Shown here: positions 1 through 9,900 of the stretch, one piece after another
How positions within the stretch are numbered: the first letter of the stretch is position 1
How the letters are laid out: every line of letters starts with the position of its first letter
NCBI GenBank assembly: GCA_022340755.1
Contig: JAJDNI010000090.1
Coordinates: 15,897-79,896, forward strand
From: Gemmatimonadota bacterium
Lineage (GTDB): Bacteria; Gemmatimonadota; Gemmatimonadetes; Longimicrobiales; Gaopeijiaceae
Length of the DNA: 64,000 bases
Direction: 5' to 3'
Program-made: the position numbers and the translations under genes
Notes under the pieces: generated by a model
What the model was told of the DNA's origin: nothing
The model's input: the letters and a program-made list of their open reading frames with translations, nothing else
Database searches by the model: none

Positions 1-705
1 GGCTCCATCGCCGCGTTCCTCGAGTTGCACGTCGAGCAGGGTGGGGTCCTGGATGCGGCCCACATCGACATCGGCGTCGTGGAGGGCATCGTCGGCATCG
101 AGCGCTGGAACGTGCGGGTCCTGGGAAGAGCGAACCATGCCGGGACCACTCCGATGGACCAGCGACACGATGCCCTGGTGGCGGCGTCCCGCTTCGTCGA
201 CGCCGTATACCGCACGGCGCGGGACGGCGCCGGCGGGCAGGTGGCCACCGTGGGCCGCATCACCGTCGAGCCGGGAGCCCCGAACGTCATTCCGGGGCTG
301 GCCATCCTCAGCCTGGAGATCCGAGATCTGACCATGGAGGGCATCGACTCCCTCTTCGAGCAGCTGTCCAAGCGCGCCGCGGGAATCGGTGACGACACCG
401 GCACCACGTTTTCCTTCGAGCGCTTTTATGTCAGCGATGCAGCCCCTTCGGACCCGCGCATCCGGGACGCCGTGGAAGCAAGCGCGCACGAGCTGGGCCT
501 GTCCACCCTGCGGCTGCCTTCGGGCGCGGGACACGATGCGCAGAGCATGGCGCGGCTCGGACCCGTGGGGATGATCTTCGTGCCGTCCATCGGCGGGATC
601 AGCCACTCACCCGAGGAGCGCACCGCACCGGACGACATCGTGCACGGTGCCGACGTGCTGCTTTCCACGCTGCTCACGCTGGACGCCGGCGCCATCGACC
701 GGTGA
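1..705 (+). CDS. M20 family Zn-dependent amidohydrolase (N-carbamoyl-L-amino-acid / allantoate amidohydrolase type), C-terminal part; the gene starts upstream of the window
   Basis: The frame is open from base 1. The product resembles the AmaB/AllC family (NHAGTTPM, GRITVEPGAPNVIPG, SGAGHDAQ, FVPSIGGISHSPEE). Confidence 0.8.
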   Translation, partial: GSIAAFLELHVEQGGVLDAAHIDIGVVEGIVGIERWNVRVLGRANHAGTTPMDQRHDALVAASRFVDAVYRTARDGAGGQVATVGRITVEPGAPNVIPGLAILSLEIRDLTMEGIDSLFEQLSKRAAGIGDDTGTTFSFERFYVSDAAPSDPRIRDAVEASAHELGLSTLRLPSGAGHDAQSMARLGPVGMIFVPSIGGISHSPEERTAPDDIVHGADVLLSTLLTLDAGAIDR

Positions 706-1826
706 CTCCGTTCCCCCTTCTTCCCCTAGGGCAGGTCGTCCTCGGCATCGGACTCCTCACCGTGGGCGCCGAAGCTCTGGTGCGCGGAGCCGCGGGCCTG
801 GCGGAGCACCTCGGCCTCTCCCCTCTCGTGATCGGTCTCACCGTGGTGGCCTTCGGCACCAGCATGCCGGAGATGGCCGTCTCCCTGGGCTCGGCCTGGA
901 TCAGCGACGGCGGCGTGGCCCTCGGCAACGCGCTGGGCAGCAACATCTTCAACGTCCTCGTGGTGCTGGGAGGAGCTGCGGTCATCCGGCCCCTGGTGGC
1001 GGATCGCCAGCTCGTACGTCTCGACGTGCCGGTGATGATCGGTACCTCCGTGCTCGTCCTCCTCCTGGCTCTGGACGGCAGGCTGGGGCCCCTCGATGGC
1101 CTTCTCCTGGTCGCCTTGGGAATCACGTACACGGTGGTCGTGGTCCGCGGGGGAAGAGCGCTGAACGGAGAGGCGGTGGCCCCGGCCGAGCCGCGGCCGG
1201 AGGAGCGGCACGAGCACGCGCTAGCAACCGGCGGCACGACGACGCTGCCCATTCAGCTCGGATGGATCGTTGTGGGCCTGCTCTTTCTGGTGGTGGGCGC
1301 TCGCCTGGTGGTGCTGGGCGCGTCCACCGTTGCGCATGCCCTGGGTGTGAGCGACCTGGTCATCGGGCTCACGGTGGTGGCTGCCGGCACCTCCCTCCCG
1401 GAGCTAGCCACCTCCTTCGTCGCCGCGGTGCGGGGCCAACGAGACATCGCCGTGGGCAACGTCGTGGGCAGCAATGTGTTCAACTCGTTGTTCGTGCTCG
1501 GCCTGGCGGCGCTCGCGGAGACCGGGGGTCTACCCGTCCCCGAGGGTGTGCGCACCTTCGACCTCCCGGTCATGGTGGTGGTGTCCACCGTGTGCCTACC
1601 CATCTTCTTCACGGGCTGGGCCGTGTCGCGACGAGAAGGTATCGTCTTCCTGGCCTACTACGGCGCCTATCTGCTCTACCTGGCCCTCTACCACATGCAT
1701 CACGCCGGAGAGGAGCTCGTGGGCACCGCGCTACTGTTCTTCGCGCTCCCGCTCACGGCCCTCACCCTGGGTGTGGGCGTCTTCAGGCAGATCCGGTCGA
1801 AGGCGAAGCCGACCACGGACCCCTGA
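702..1826 (+). CDS. Ca2+/Na+ antiporter, CaCA (YrbG-like) family
   Basis: Two alpha-repeat motifs are present (GTSMPEMAVS and GTSLPELATS) in about 10 hydrophobic segments. The start overlaps the upstream stop by 4 nt. Confidence 0.85.
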   Translation: MTPFPLLPLGQVVLGIGLLTVGAEALVRGAAGLAEHLGLSPLVIGLTVVAFGTSMPEMAVSLGSAWISDGGVALGNALGSNIFNVLVVLGGAAVIRPLVADRQLVRLDVPVMIGTSVLVLLLALDGRLGPLDGLLLVALGITYTVVVVRGGRALNGEAVAPAEPRPEERHEHALATGGTTTLPIQLGWIVVGLLFLVVGARLVVLGASTVAHALGVSDLVIGLTVVAAGTSLPELATSFVAAVRGQRDIAVGNVVGSNVFNSLFVLGLAALAETGGLPVPEGVRTFDLPVMVVVSTVCLPIFFTGWAVSRREGIVFLAYYGAYLLYLALYHMHHAGEELVGTALLFFALPLTALTLGVGVFRQIRSKAKPTTDP

Positions 1827-1946
1827 CCCGCCGCAGAACGTGGAGAGCCCCCGCGCACGCCCGGTTGCGTCCGGAATCGCGCAGGGCGAATCTCCGTGAG
1901 CCGGGCCGCAAGGGGCGGCCCGCCTCGTCTCGACCTCACGGATCCA

Positions 1947-2729
1947 ATGAACAGACTCGTCGGAAAGCGTGTGCTCATCACCGGCGCGTCCGCCGGTATC
2001 GGCGAGGCCTGCGCCCGCGCGTTCGCCACCCAGGGCTGCGACCTCGTCCTCACGGCACGTCGCGAGGAGCGCATCCGTGACCTCGCCGTCGATCTCGCCC
2101 ACGACAATGGCGTCGATGTCAGAGGCTACGGCTTGGACGTCACCGACCGACAAGCGGTCGCGTCCTTCGTTCGGGCTCTCAAGGAGGACGACCTCCTGCC
2201 GGACATCCTCGTGAACAACGCGGGAAAGGCACGGGGACTCGACAAGCTCCACGAGGGTGACATCGACGATTGGGAGGACATGATCGACACCAACGTGAAG
2301 GGGCTCCTCTACATGTCCCGGGACATCCTTCCGTACATGGTGGCGAGGGACTCCGGCCACGTGATCAACATCGGCAGCATCGCGGGGCGTTGGGTGTACC
2401 CGAAGGGCGCCGTCTACAACGCCACGAAGTTCGCCGTGTGGGCCCTCAACGAGGGCATGAACATCGACCTCCTGGGCACGAAGGTGCGTGTATCCAGCGT
2501 AGACCCGGGACTGGTCGAGACCGAGTTCAGCGAGGTACGCTTCCACGGTGACACCGAGCGGGCGAAGGCCGTGTACCTCGACACGGAGCCCCTCACCGGA
2601 GACGATGTCGCAGACGCGGTCGTGTATGTGGCCAACTGCCCGGAGCACGTCGACGTGATCAACCTGGTCGTCATGCCTACGGCGCAGCGCCATGCCATGC
2701 TGCTGCACCGTGAGAAGTCCTCACCGTGA
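1947..2729 (+). CDS. SDR family NAD(P)-dependent oxidoreductase (YdfG/serine 3-dehydrogenase-like)
   Basis: It has the TGASAGIG cofactor motif, NNAG, and the YNATK catalytic Y-x3-K. I chose the ATG at 1947 over the longer GTG-type ORF start at 1896. Confidence 0.85.
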   Translation: MNRLVGKRVLITGASAGIGEACARAFATQGCDLVLTARREERIRDLAVDLAHDNGVDVRGYGLDVTDRQAVASFVRALKEDDLLPDILVNNAGKARGLDKLHEGDIDDWEDMIDTNVKGLLYMSRDILPYMVARDSGHVINIGSIAGRWVYPKGAVYNATKFAVWALNEGMNIDLLGTKVRVSSVDPGLVETEFSEVRFHGDTERAKAVYLDTEPLTGDDVADAVVYVANCPEHVDVINLVVMPTAQRHAMLLHREKSSP

Positions 2730-2811
2730 GGGGGGCCCGGTCGTGGCCTTTCTGGGGCGCGGTGAGTCGGCCCTCTCGGTGGTCTTCCGACCCCTGACGT
2801 GAACCTCTGAT

Positions 2812-4014
2812 GTGACCATCCGCCGTCCCTCCCCGACGCTGATCGTCTTCACGCTCTGGCTCCTCGTCTTCTCGTCGGCGAGCCAGACGATGATCATCGC
2901 GCCGCTGTTGCCCTTCATCGGCGGTGAGCTCGGCATCCCCGACGCCATGCTGGGCACGCTGGTGTCGGCGTACACCCTGATGGTGGGGATCATGGCCATC
3001 CTGGCGGGCCCCGTCTCCGACAAGATCGGCCGGCGGCGGATCCTCCTGCTGGGGTGCGGCGGCATGACCGTGGCCCTCGTCCTCCACGGCTTCGTCGTCG
3101 GCTACGTCTCGTTCGTGGCGGTGCGCGTGCTCGCGGGGATGGCGGGAGGGGTACTCAGCGGAGCGGCGGTCTCCTACATCGGGGACTTCTTTCCCTACGA
3201 GCGACGGGGATGGGCCACCGGTTGGGTCATGAGCGGCTCGGCCGTGGGGCAGATCCTGGGGATCCCGACGGGCATCGCGCTCTCGGCACGCTGGGGCTTC
3301 AAGGCGCCCTTCTATGTTTTTGCTGCCACCATGGCGGTGACGGTGGTACTACTGTTCTTCCGCATCCCGCAGCCGCCGGTGAAGCGCACCGAGGGGCGTC
3401 TGAGCCTCCGCCGCGCCGCGAGGGACTACTGGGGGATGCTCCGGAGACCCGAGGTCGCGTGGGCGTCCGCGGCGTACTTCACGATGTTCCTCAGCCGCGC
3501 GGTCTTTCTGGTGTACCTGCCCACGTGGCTGGCGCGCGACCTGGGGGCCGACGGCAACCAGATCGCCACGATGTACCTGCTGGGAGGCATCGCCAACGTC
3601 GCCACCGGACCCCGGGCCGGTCACCTGTCCGACCGGTACGGCCGAAGAGGCATCCTGCTGCTGGCCTCGGTGGGGCTCTCCGCGCTCATGCTTCTGACTC
3701 CGCTCCTCGTGACCAGGATGACGTGGGCCTATCCCATGTTCTTCTTCATCATGGTCCTCGTCGCCATGCGGGTGAGTCCCTATTCCGCCCTTCTCACCTC
3801 GCTGGTCCACGACGAACGGCGCGGCTCCCTGATGAGCCTCACCGTAGCCCTCGGCCAGGTGGGATTCGCCTTGGGAAGCGGCGTTGCAGGCCCCCTGTTC
3901 GCGCGCATCGGATTCGCGAGCAACTCCACCCTGGGTGCGTGCTTCGTGCTCGCGATGGGCCTCATCGTCTGGTTCCGGATTCCCGAGCCCAGACCGGTGG
4001 GCTATGGCGCGTGA
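2812..4014 (+). CDS. MFS transporter
   Basis: About 12 hydrophobic helices are present, with the MFS loop motif GPVSDKIGRRRILL and a second copy, HLSDRYGRRGILL. Confidence 0.8.
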   Translation: MTIRRPSPTLIVFTLWLLVFSSASQTMIIAPLLPFIGGELGIPDAMLGTLVSAYTLMVGIMAILAGPVSDKIGRRRILLLGCGGMTVALVLHGFVVGYVSFVAVRVLAGMAGGVLSGAAVSYIGDFFPYERRGWATGWVMSGSAVGQILGIPTGIALSARWGFKAPFYVFAATMAVTVVLLFFRIPQPPVKRTEGRLSLRRAARDYWGMLRRPEVAWASAAYFTMFLSRAVFLVYLPTWLARDLGADGNQIATMYLLGGIANVATGPRAGHLSDRYGRRGILLLASVGLSALMLLTPLLVTRMTWAYPMFFFIMVLVAMRVSPYSALLTSLVHDERRGSLMSLTVALGQVGFALGSGVAGPLFARIGFASNSTLGACFVLAMGLIVWFRIPEPRPVGYGA

Positions 4015-4112
4015 CCGTCGGGGAAGGTCTGCACGAGTGGGGTGCCCCGGTGGGGGCGGCCGCGTCCCCTCCGGCAGCCGGCCCTCCGTCCCGAGGCGCC
4101 CGCTGGGCCTGC

Positions 4113-4922
4113 TCAACCCCTCGTGATGCGCACGCCCCCGTTGGTGGTCGTGACCCGGATGGTGGCACCGCCCTCACCGAGGGTGGTTCGGATCTGGCGG
4201 CCGATGCGACCACGCACCGTGATGGGGAAGTCGATGTTCATCCCGCCGTTCACCGTCCCGGTCACCAGCTCGGCGGAGTAGTCCTGCGGTACGACCATCT
4301 TGACCCCGCCGTTGGTCGTCTGGGCGTCCAGCCCCGCGCCCTCCCAGTGGTCACCCGCGAGCTCCACGGTAAGGCCGCCGTTCGTGGTACGCCCTCGCAC
4401 GTCTCCGCCGACGCGCACGAGGTGCACGCCGCCGTTCATCGCCCGAAATCGGATATCACCCGAGACGTCCGTCACCGACACTCCGCCGTTCCTCGTGTCG
4501 ATGTCCAGATCCATGGCTCGTGGGACCATGATCTCGTAGCTCACGCCCCAGCTCTCACGACGACCGGTGTCGGGCCCGTCGGAGGATATCCGGCCTCCGT
4601 CGACACTTATCTTGACACCCTTCTCGATCTCCTGCGCGCGCTCCTCGGAGGGCGCGTCTGCCCAGACCTTCGCACGGATCTGGACCTCCGACCGGTCCCA
4701 TCCGGAGACGACCACGCCTCCGTTGGCGCCACCGTTCACCGTGATCCCCGCCGGCGCCTCCAGGGTCGTGGTGAGCACCTCGCAGGAGCGCTCCCGATCG
4801 CCGCCGCTCCGGTCCTGATCGCACCAACCCTGGTCGCCCCGCTCCCACCGTACCTGCCCCTGGAGTGGCGCGCCTGCACCCGCCCACGCCGCGACCGCCA
4901 ACAGCATCCACGTCTTCTTCAT
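4113..4922 (-). CDS. DUF4097-type beta-repeat protein (putative adhesin / LiaG-like), secreted
   Basis: It has an N-terminal signal peptide (MKKTWMLLAVAAWAGAGA) and at least 8 periodic (T)NGG(V/L/M) beta-strand repeats typical of DUF4097. Confidence 0.7.
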   Translation of the reverse strand: MKKTWMLLAVAAWAGAGAPLQGQVRWERGDQGWCDQDRSGGDRERSCEVLTTTLEAPAGITVNGGANGGVVVSGWDRSEVQIRAKVWADAPSEERAQEIEKGVKISVDGGRISSDGPDTGRRESWGVSYEIMVPRAMDLDIDTRNGGVSVTDVSGDIRFRAMNGGVHLVRVGGDVRGRTTNGGLTVELAGDHWEGAGLDAQTTNGGVKMVVPQDYSAELVTGTVNGGMNIDFPITVRGRIGRQIRTTLGEGGATIRVTTTNGGVRITRG

Positions 4923-4977
4923 GCGCTGCCCCCTCTTCCAATCCGGTGACTACCTCTTCTTTTAGACGGAAGCATCG

Positions 4978-6069
4978 GTGCCCAGGTTGCAGCCGGGCCT
5001 GTCGAGGCGTTTCGGTGCATGTATACTTACTCGCCAGTGTGGACTCCCACCCCATCCGCGACGTGATCCGTTGAGCCCGGCATCCGATGGGCCCGTCCGC
5101 GTCCTCCTCGTCGAGGATGCTCTCGACCAGGCCCTCCTGGTCAGCTCCCTCCTGCAGGGCGAGGGTGGTTTCGAAGTCACCTACTCCCAGGACGGCTTCC
5201 ACGCCGCCCAGCTCCTGAAGGAGCGGAAGTGGGACCTTCTCATCACCGATCTCAATCTCCCCGGGGTGGACGGCTTCGAGCTCTGCCGCATCTCGCGTAC
5301 GCTCCCCGAGCCGCCGGCGCTCCTGGTGATTACCGGGTACACCAGCCCTCAATATCAGGAGGAGGCGTTTCGTGCCGGGGCCACGGAGATTCTCCTCAAG
5401 CCGCTGAACGAGGATGAGCTCCTGGCGAAGGTGCGGGAGCTCACGCGCCGGGAGGAAGCCCCTGTCGTCCCCGGGGCACGGAGAACGGTCCTGGCTGTCG
5501 GCGGTTTGGTGGGGGACGTGGAGATGGGGTGCGGTGGCACGCTGTTGAAGGAGGGCGCGCGCGGAGCGGAGATCGTCATTGTGCCCCTGTGCCTCGACGA
5601 GATGGACATCACCGGTGCAGGGCTCAAGGGCACGGAGCGGGCGGCGGAGATCCTGGGTGCGCGCGCCATCGTGGACGAGGGCGCGCTCGTCGACCCGGAG
5701 CGACGCGTGTCCCTGCTGGCCGAGCTCGTCCGCGACCTCCGACCGTCGCTGGCGTTCGTTCCTTTCGTGGATGATCGGCACCCGCCCCGCCGCGAGGCGT
5801 TCGGGGCGTCCAGGGTCCTCCTGGAGAGGGTGCCCACGGTTCTGGCCTACCAGACGGCGACCACCACGCTCGAATTCAAGCCGGACCGATTCGAGGACAT
5901 CCGGGACCAGGTGGCTCGAAAGATGGAAGCATTGGCGGCCTATCAGGCGGCGGGGGCGGCGCGCTTGGATCTCGCTCCCCGGCTGGCGCAGGCGTTCGCC
6001 CGCTATTGGGGGCGTTTCGAGCGTTTCGGCGAAGTCGAGCCCTTCGAAGTCCTGATGCACCGGGACTGA
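4978..6069 (+). CDS. Response regulator: REC domain fused to a PIG-L/LmbE-like domain with a degenerate active site
   Basis: REC motifs are present: LLVEDA, phospho-acceptor LLITDLNLPGVDG, and LLKPL. The C-terminal half aligns to the PIG-L pattern (VLAVGGLVGDVEMGCGGTLLK, DDRHPPRR, final EPFEVL). The start is uncertain: GTG 4978 or in-frame TTG 5071. Confidence 0.7.
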   Translation: MPRLQPGLSRRFGACILTRQCGLPPHPRRDPLSPASDGPVRVLLVEDALDQALLVSSLLQGEGGFEVTYSQDGFHAAQLLKERKWDLLITDLNLPGVDGFELCRISRTLPEPPALLVITGYTSPQYQEEAFRAGATEILLKPLNEDELLAKVRELTRREEAPVVPGARRTVLAVGGLVGDVEMGCGGTLLKEGARGAEIVIVPLCLDEMDITGAGLKGTERAAEILGARAIVDEGALVDPERRVSLLAELVRDLRPSLAFVPFVDDRHPPRREAFGASRVLLERVPTVLAYQTATTTLEFKPDRFEDIRDQVARKMEALAAYQAAGAARLDLAPRLAQAFARYWGRFERFGEVEPFEVLMHRD

Positions 6070-6198
6070 GCAGCCGCCCCTGAATCCGGGGGGCCGTAGC
6101 GTGTGTGCCGGGGGTCCCAGGGCCGCCCGGCTTGCGGAGGCCCGGCGCCAGCGGCGAGGTTACTCCCCCCAGGAAGAAGGTCGACCGCCCCTGGGTCA

Positions 6199-7191
6199 AT
6201 GGCGCACGCAACCGAACCGGAGCGACGCTTGCCCCAGACGCCCTACCTGGAGTTCGAGCGTGACATCGTCGAGATCCAGGGGCAGATCGACAAACTCCTG
6301 GACCTTGCGGAGCGCAAGGGCATCGACGTCACCACCGAGGTGCGTGTCCTCGGGGAGAAGCTCGAAACGTTGAGAGAGCAAACGTACGACAACCTCAGGC
6401 CCATCGAGCAGGTGCAGGTGGCGCGGCACCCGAAGCGGCCGTTCACCCTGGACTATGTCGATCGGGTCTTCACCGACTGGATCGAGCTCCACGGAGACCG
6501 TCTGTATCGCGACGACGGGGCCATCGTAGGTGGATGGGCCCGGCTTGACGGTCGGTCGGTGATGGTCATCGGCCACCAGAAGGGCCGCGACATGAGCGAG
6601 AACCTCCTCCGCAACTTCGGGATGGCCCACCCCGAAGGCTACCGGAAGGCGCTCCGGCTCATGAGGCAGGCCGAGAAGTTCGGGCGGCCGGTGATCACGT
6701 TCATCGATACCATGGGTGCCTATCCGGGAATCGGATCGGAGGAGCGCGGAATCGCGGAGGCCATCGCCATGAACCTCCGCGAGATGGCTCGGCTGCGCAC
6801 GCCGCTGCTCAGCGTCGTCATCGGCGAGGGCGGTTCCGGAGGCGCGCTCGGTCTCGGCGTCACCGACCGCATTCTCATGCTCGAGCATGCGATCTACTCG
6901 GTGATCTCTCCCGAGGGGTGCGCGGCCATCCTCTGGCGCTCCGCGGAGCACCGTGAGAAGGCCGCCTCGGCGTTGCGCCTGACCGCCGGGAACCTCGTGG
7001 AGCTGGGGGTCTGTGACGAGATCGTGGCCGAGCCCGTGGGCGGAGCTCACAGCGATTGGGATGCCGCCGCCGCGGCTCTGGCCGAAGCCTTGAAGAGGAA
7101 CGTGGACCAGCTCAGCGCCGTACCTACGGACGAGCTGCTTCGGCAGCGCTGGGACAAGTACGAACGCATGGGAGCCTGGCGGGAAGTCTAG
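6199..7191 (+). CDS. accA: Acetyl-CoA carboxylase carboxyltransferase subunit alpha
   Basis: The product is AccA-like throughout (LEFERDIVEIQGQIDKL, RHPKRPFTLDY, FIDTMGAYPGIGSEERG, GEGGSGGAL). I chose the ATG at 6199 over the Arg/Pro-rich extension from 6103. Confidence 0.9.
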   Translation: MAHATEPERRLPQTPYLEFERDIVEIQGQIDKLLDLAERKGIDVTTEVRVLGEKLETLREQTYDNLRPIEQVQVARHPKRPFTLDYVDRVFTDWIELHGDRLYRDDGAIVGGWARLDGRSVMVIGHQKGRDMSENLLRNFGMAHPEGYRKALRLMRQAEKFGRPVITFIDTMGAYPGIGSEERGIAEAIAMNLREMARLRTPLLSVVIGEGGSGGALGLGVTDRILMLEHAIYSVISPEGCAAILWRSAEHREKAASALRLTAGNLVELGVCDEIVAEPVGGAHSDWDAAAAALAEALKRNVDQLSAVPTDELLRQRWDKYERMGAWREV

Positions 7192-7261
7192 CGGATCGCC
7201 GCACCGGCGGATCACGACGGGATGTCGGACCCCATCTCGAGATAGAAGGAGGGGAGCGGCG

Positions 7262-8125
7262 GTGGCAGGTTTCGCCGAGGTCCACTTCAAGGGGACACGA
7301 AAGGCCTACTTCGGGTTCGCGGATCTGGATCTGCACCCTGGGCAGCACGTCATCGTCGAGGCCGACCGCGGCGAGGATCTGGGCGAAGTGTCCGCCATGG
7401 GCCTCATTGCCGAGCGCAAGTGCAGCGCCTCGGCCGGCGGATGCGCCGTGCCTTCACCCGAGAAGAGGATACTCCGCCTCGCGCGGGATGAGGACGTCTC
7501 CCGCGTCCGCTCCCTTCGGGCCGACGAAGACCGCGTGCGCGGGGAAGCCCGCACGCTCGTCGAGCGGCACGGCCTCAAGATGAAGGTCACCGAGGCGGAA
7601 TGGCAGTTCGACCGCAACAAGCTGATCCTCTACTTCACAGCCGAGCGGCGTGTGGACTTCCGCCAACTCGTGCGCGACCTCGCGCGCACCTTCCGCACGC
7701 GCATCGAGCTCAAGCAGATCGGCGTGCGCGACGAGGCGGCGCTCCTCGGCGGCGTCGGCCGCTGCGGCCGCGAGCTGTGCTGCTCCACGTGGCTGCCGGA
7801 GCTGAAGCCGGTGAGCCTTCAGTTGGCCAAGGACCAGCGGCTCTCGCTGAATCCGGCGCAGATCTCCGGCTGCTGCGGTCGACTCATGTGCTGCCTCATG
7901 TACGAGCACCGGACGTACGTCGAGGCCCGTCGTCGATTCCCCCGCGAGGGGCGGATGCTGCGCACGAAGCGTGGCGACGAGAAGGTGGTGGGCGTGGACA
8001 TCTGGCACGATTCGGTGACCCTGCGCAGCAGGGAAGGAACGCGCCGCACGGTGTCCCTCAACGAGTTGAGGTCGGAAGTGGCCCTGGGCGCTGGCCGACC
8101 GACCGACGGACAACCCGAGCCCTGA
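7262..8125 (+). CDS. PSP1 domain protein (RicT/YaaT-like)
   Basis: It has a PSP1 C-terminal domain with a Cys cluster (GRCGRELCCSTWL, GCCGRLMCCLMYE). It uses a GTG start preceded by GAAGGAGG. Confidence 0.8.
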   Translation: MAGFAEVHFKGTRKAYFGFADLDLHPGQHVIVEADRGEDLGEVSAMGLIAERKCSASAGGCAVPSPEKRILRLARDEDVSRVRSLRADEDRVRGEARTLVERHGLKMKVTEAEWQFDRNKLILYFTAERRVDFRQLVRDLARTFRTRIELKQIGVRDEAALLGGVGRCGRELCCSTWLPELKPVSLQLAKDQRLSLNPAQISGCCGRLMCCLMYEHRTYVEARRRFPREGRMLRTKRGDEKVVGVDIWHDSVTLRSREGTRRTVSLNELRSEVALGAGRPTDGQPEP

Positions 8126-8140
8126 TCACAAGGAATCCCT

Positions 8141-9682
8141 TTGAGCCAGAGACGCCGCCGTTACCTGACGACGCCCATCTACTATGCATCGGGCGAACCT
8201 CACCTCGGGCACGCCTACACCACGATCCTCGCCGACGTGCTGGCACGGTTCGATCGCCAGAACGGCGCCGACGTCTTCTTCCTGACCGGCACGGACGAGC
8301 ACGGCCAGAAGATCCAGGAGGAGGCCGCCCGCCGAGGGGTCGAGCCCATCGAGCTATGTGACGAGATGGCCGAGCGCTTCGACGCCGCTTGGCGAACGCT
8401 GTACATCAGTCACGACCGCTTCATCCGCACCACCGAGGCCGAGCACGAGGCGGTTGTGCAGGCGTTTCTGCAACGGCTCTGGGACCGGGGCGAGATCTAC
8501 GAGGACACCTACAGCGGCTGGTATTGCATCCACGAAGAGCGGTACTGGACGGAGAAGGACCTGGGCCCCGGGCAGAGCTGTCCCGACTGCGGGCGTCCCA
8601 CCCGTCACGTCGAGGAGAAGAACTACTTCTTCCGGATGAGCGCGTATCAAGACGCCCTGGTGCGCCACATCGAGGCCAATCCAGAGTGGATCGTTCCCGA
8701 TATCAGGCGAAACGAGATCCTGGGCTTTCTCCAGAAACCGCTCACCGACCTCTCCATCTCCCGGCCGAAGTCCCGGCTGCGTTGGGGCGTCACCCTGCCC
8801 TTCGACGAAGACCACGTTTCCTACGTGTGGGTGGACGCGCTCATCAACTATCTGACGGCTTCGGGCGCCATCCACCCCGACCGGCCTCCGGAGGAGCAGG
8901 GGTTCGACGATGTTTCTGAGTCGTGGTGGCCGGCGGACCTGCATCTCATCGGGAAGGACATCCTCACGACCCATGCCGTGTATTGGCCCACCCTCCTCAT
9001 GGGGGTGGGGCTCCCCCTGCCACGGCAGATTCTCGCCCACGGGTGGTGGGTGGTCGGCGATACGAAGATGTCCAAGTCCCTGGGCAACGTCGTCGACCCG
9101 CTCATGTTGCGTGAGCAGTTCGGCACCGACGCGGTCCGGTGGTACTTGATGCGGGAAATGCCCACCGGCAGCGACGCATCGTATACCCCGGAACGCTTCG
9201 TGGCGCGCTACGACGAGTTGGCCAACGTCCTGGGCAACCTGGCCAGCCGGGTCATCGCGATGATCTCCAAGTATAGAGACGGTGTCGTCCCCGAAGCACC
9301 CGGGAGCGGCCTGGATGAGGCCGTGTCCGCCACGTTCTCCACAGCCCGCGAGGCCATGGAGCGCCATCGGGTGCACGACGCGCTGGGCGCCGCGATGGAC
9401 CTGGCCCGCACGGCCAACGGCTACGTGGAGGAACGCCAACCCTGGACGCAGGCGAAATCCCAGGACCCGGGGCCGCTGGACGAGACGCTCGCGACGCTGG
9501 CCAGGGTCCTGGTGGCGCTGTGCGCCCTCTTCCAACCGGTGGCCCCGGCCAAAATGGCCAACCTCGCCGAAAGACTCGGCCTCGCCGGTGTGCCCACCTT
9601 CGAGGAGGCGCTCACGGTCGTCACTCCGGGCCTCCAGGTGCGGAAAGGAGACCCCCTCTTCCCCAAGGTGCAGGCGACCTGA
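8141..9682 (+). CDS. metG: Methionine--tRNA ligase
   Basis: Class I signatures are present: TTPIYYASGEPHLGHAYT (HIGH) and KMSKSLGN (KMSKS). A CPDCG zinc knuckle is also present. It uses a TTG start. Confidence 0.95.
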   Translation: MSQRRRRYLTTPIYYASGEPHLGHAYTTILADVLARFDRQNGADVFFLTGTDEHGQKIQEEAARRGVEPIELCDEMAERFDAAWRTLYISHDRFIRTTEAEHEAVVQAFLQRLWDRGEIYEDTYSGWYCIHEERYWTEKDLGPGQSCPDCGRPTRHVEEKNYFFRMSAYQDALVRHIEANPEWIVPDIRRNEILGFLQKPLTDLSISRPKSRLRWGVTLPFDEDHVSYVWVDALINYLTASGAIHPDRPPEEQGFDDVSESWWPADLHLIGKDILTTHAVYWPTLLMGVGLPLPRQILAHGWWVVGDTKMSKSLGNVVDPLMLREQFGTDAVRWYLMREMPTGSDASYTPERFVARYDELANVLGNLASRVIAMISKYRDGVVPEAPGSGLDEAVSATFSTAREAMERHRVHDALGAAMDLARTANGYVEERQPWTQAKSQDPGPLDETLATLARVLVALCALFQPVAPAKMANLAERLGLAGVPTFEEALTVVTPGLQVRKGDPLFPKVQAT

Positions 9683-9900
9683 GACCGGCCCGAAATGGCG
9701 CGCGACAACGACGTTTTCGGTTGTCTTTCGGGCTCTACCGGGACCGCCTCAGGGGCTCGACCGCGGCTTGACGACACCGTGACAGGGCTTCTACCTTTGC
9801 CCAACGTTTTCAGGATCCATCAACACCTCCTCCCTCCAGGATAGCCCGAACGCGCTGGTCCCGGAGGGCTTGTCGTACCACGATCAGAGCAGAGCGCTTA

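Noticed and set aside
5011-5030. TATACT -10-like hexamer (5022-5027) as the promoter of the response-regulator gene
   Set aside because: No acceptable -35 lies at 16-19-nt spacing, and the promoter consensus of this lineage is unknown. I noted it only as weak support for the downstream TTG 5071 start and did not report it as a feature.
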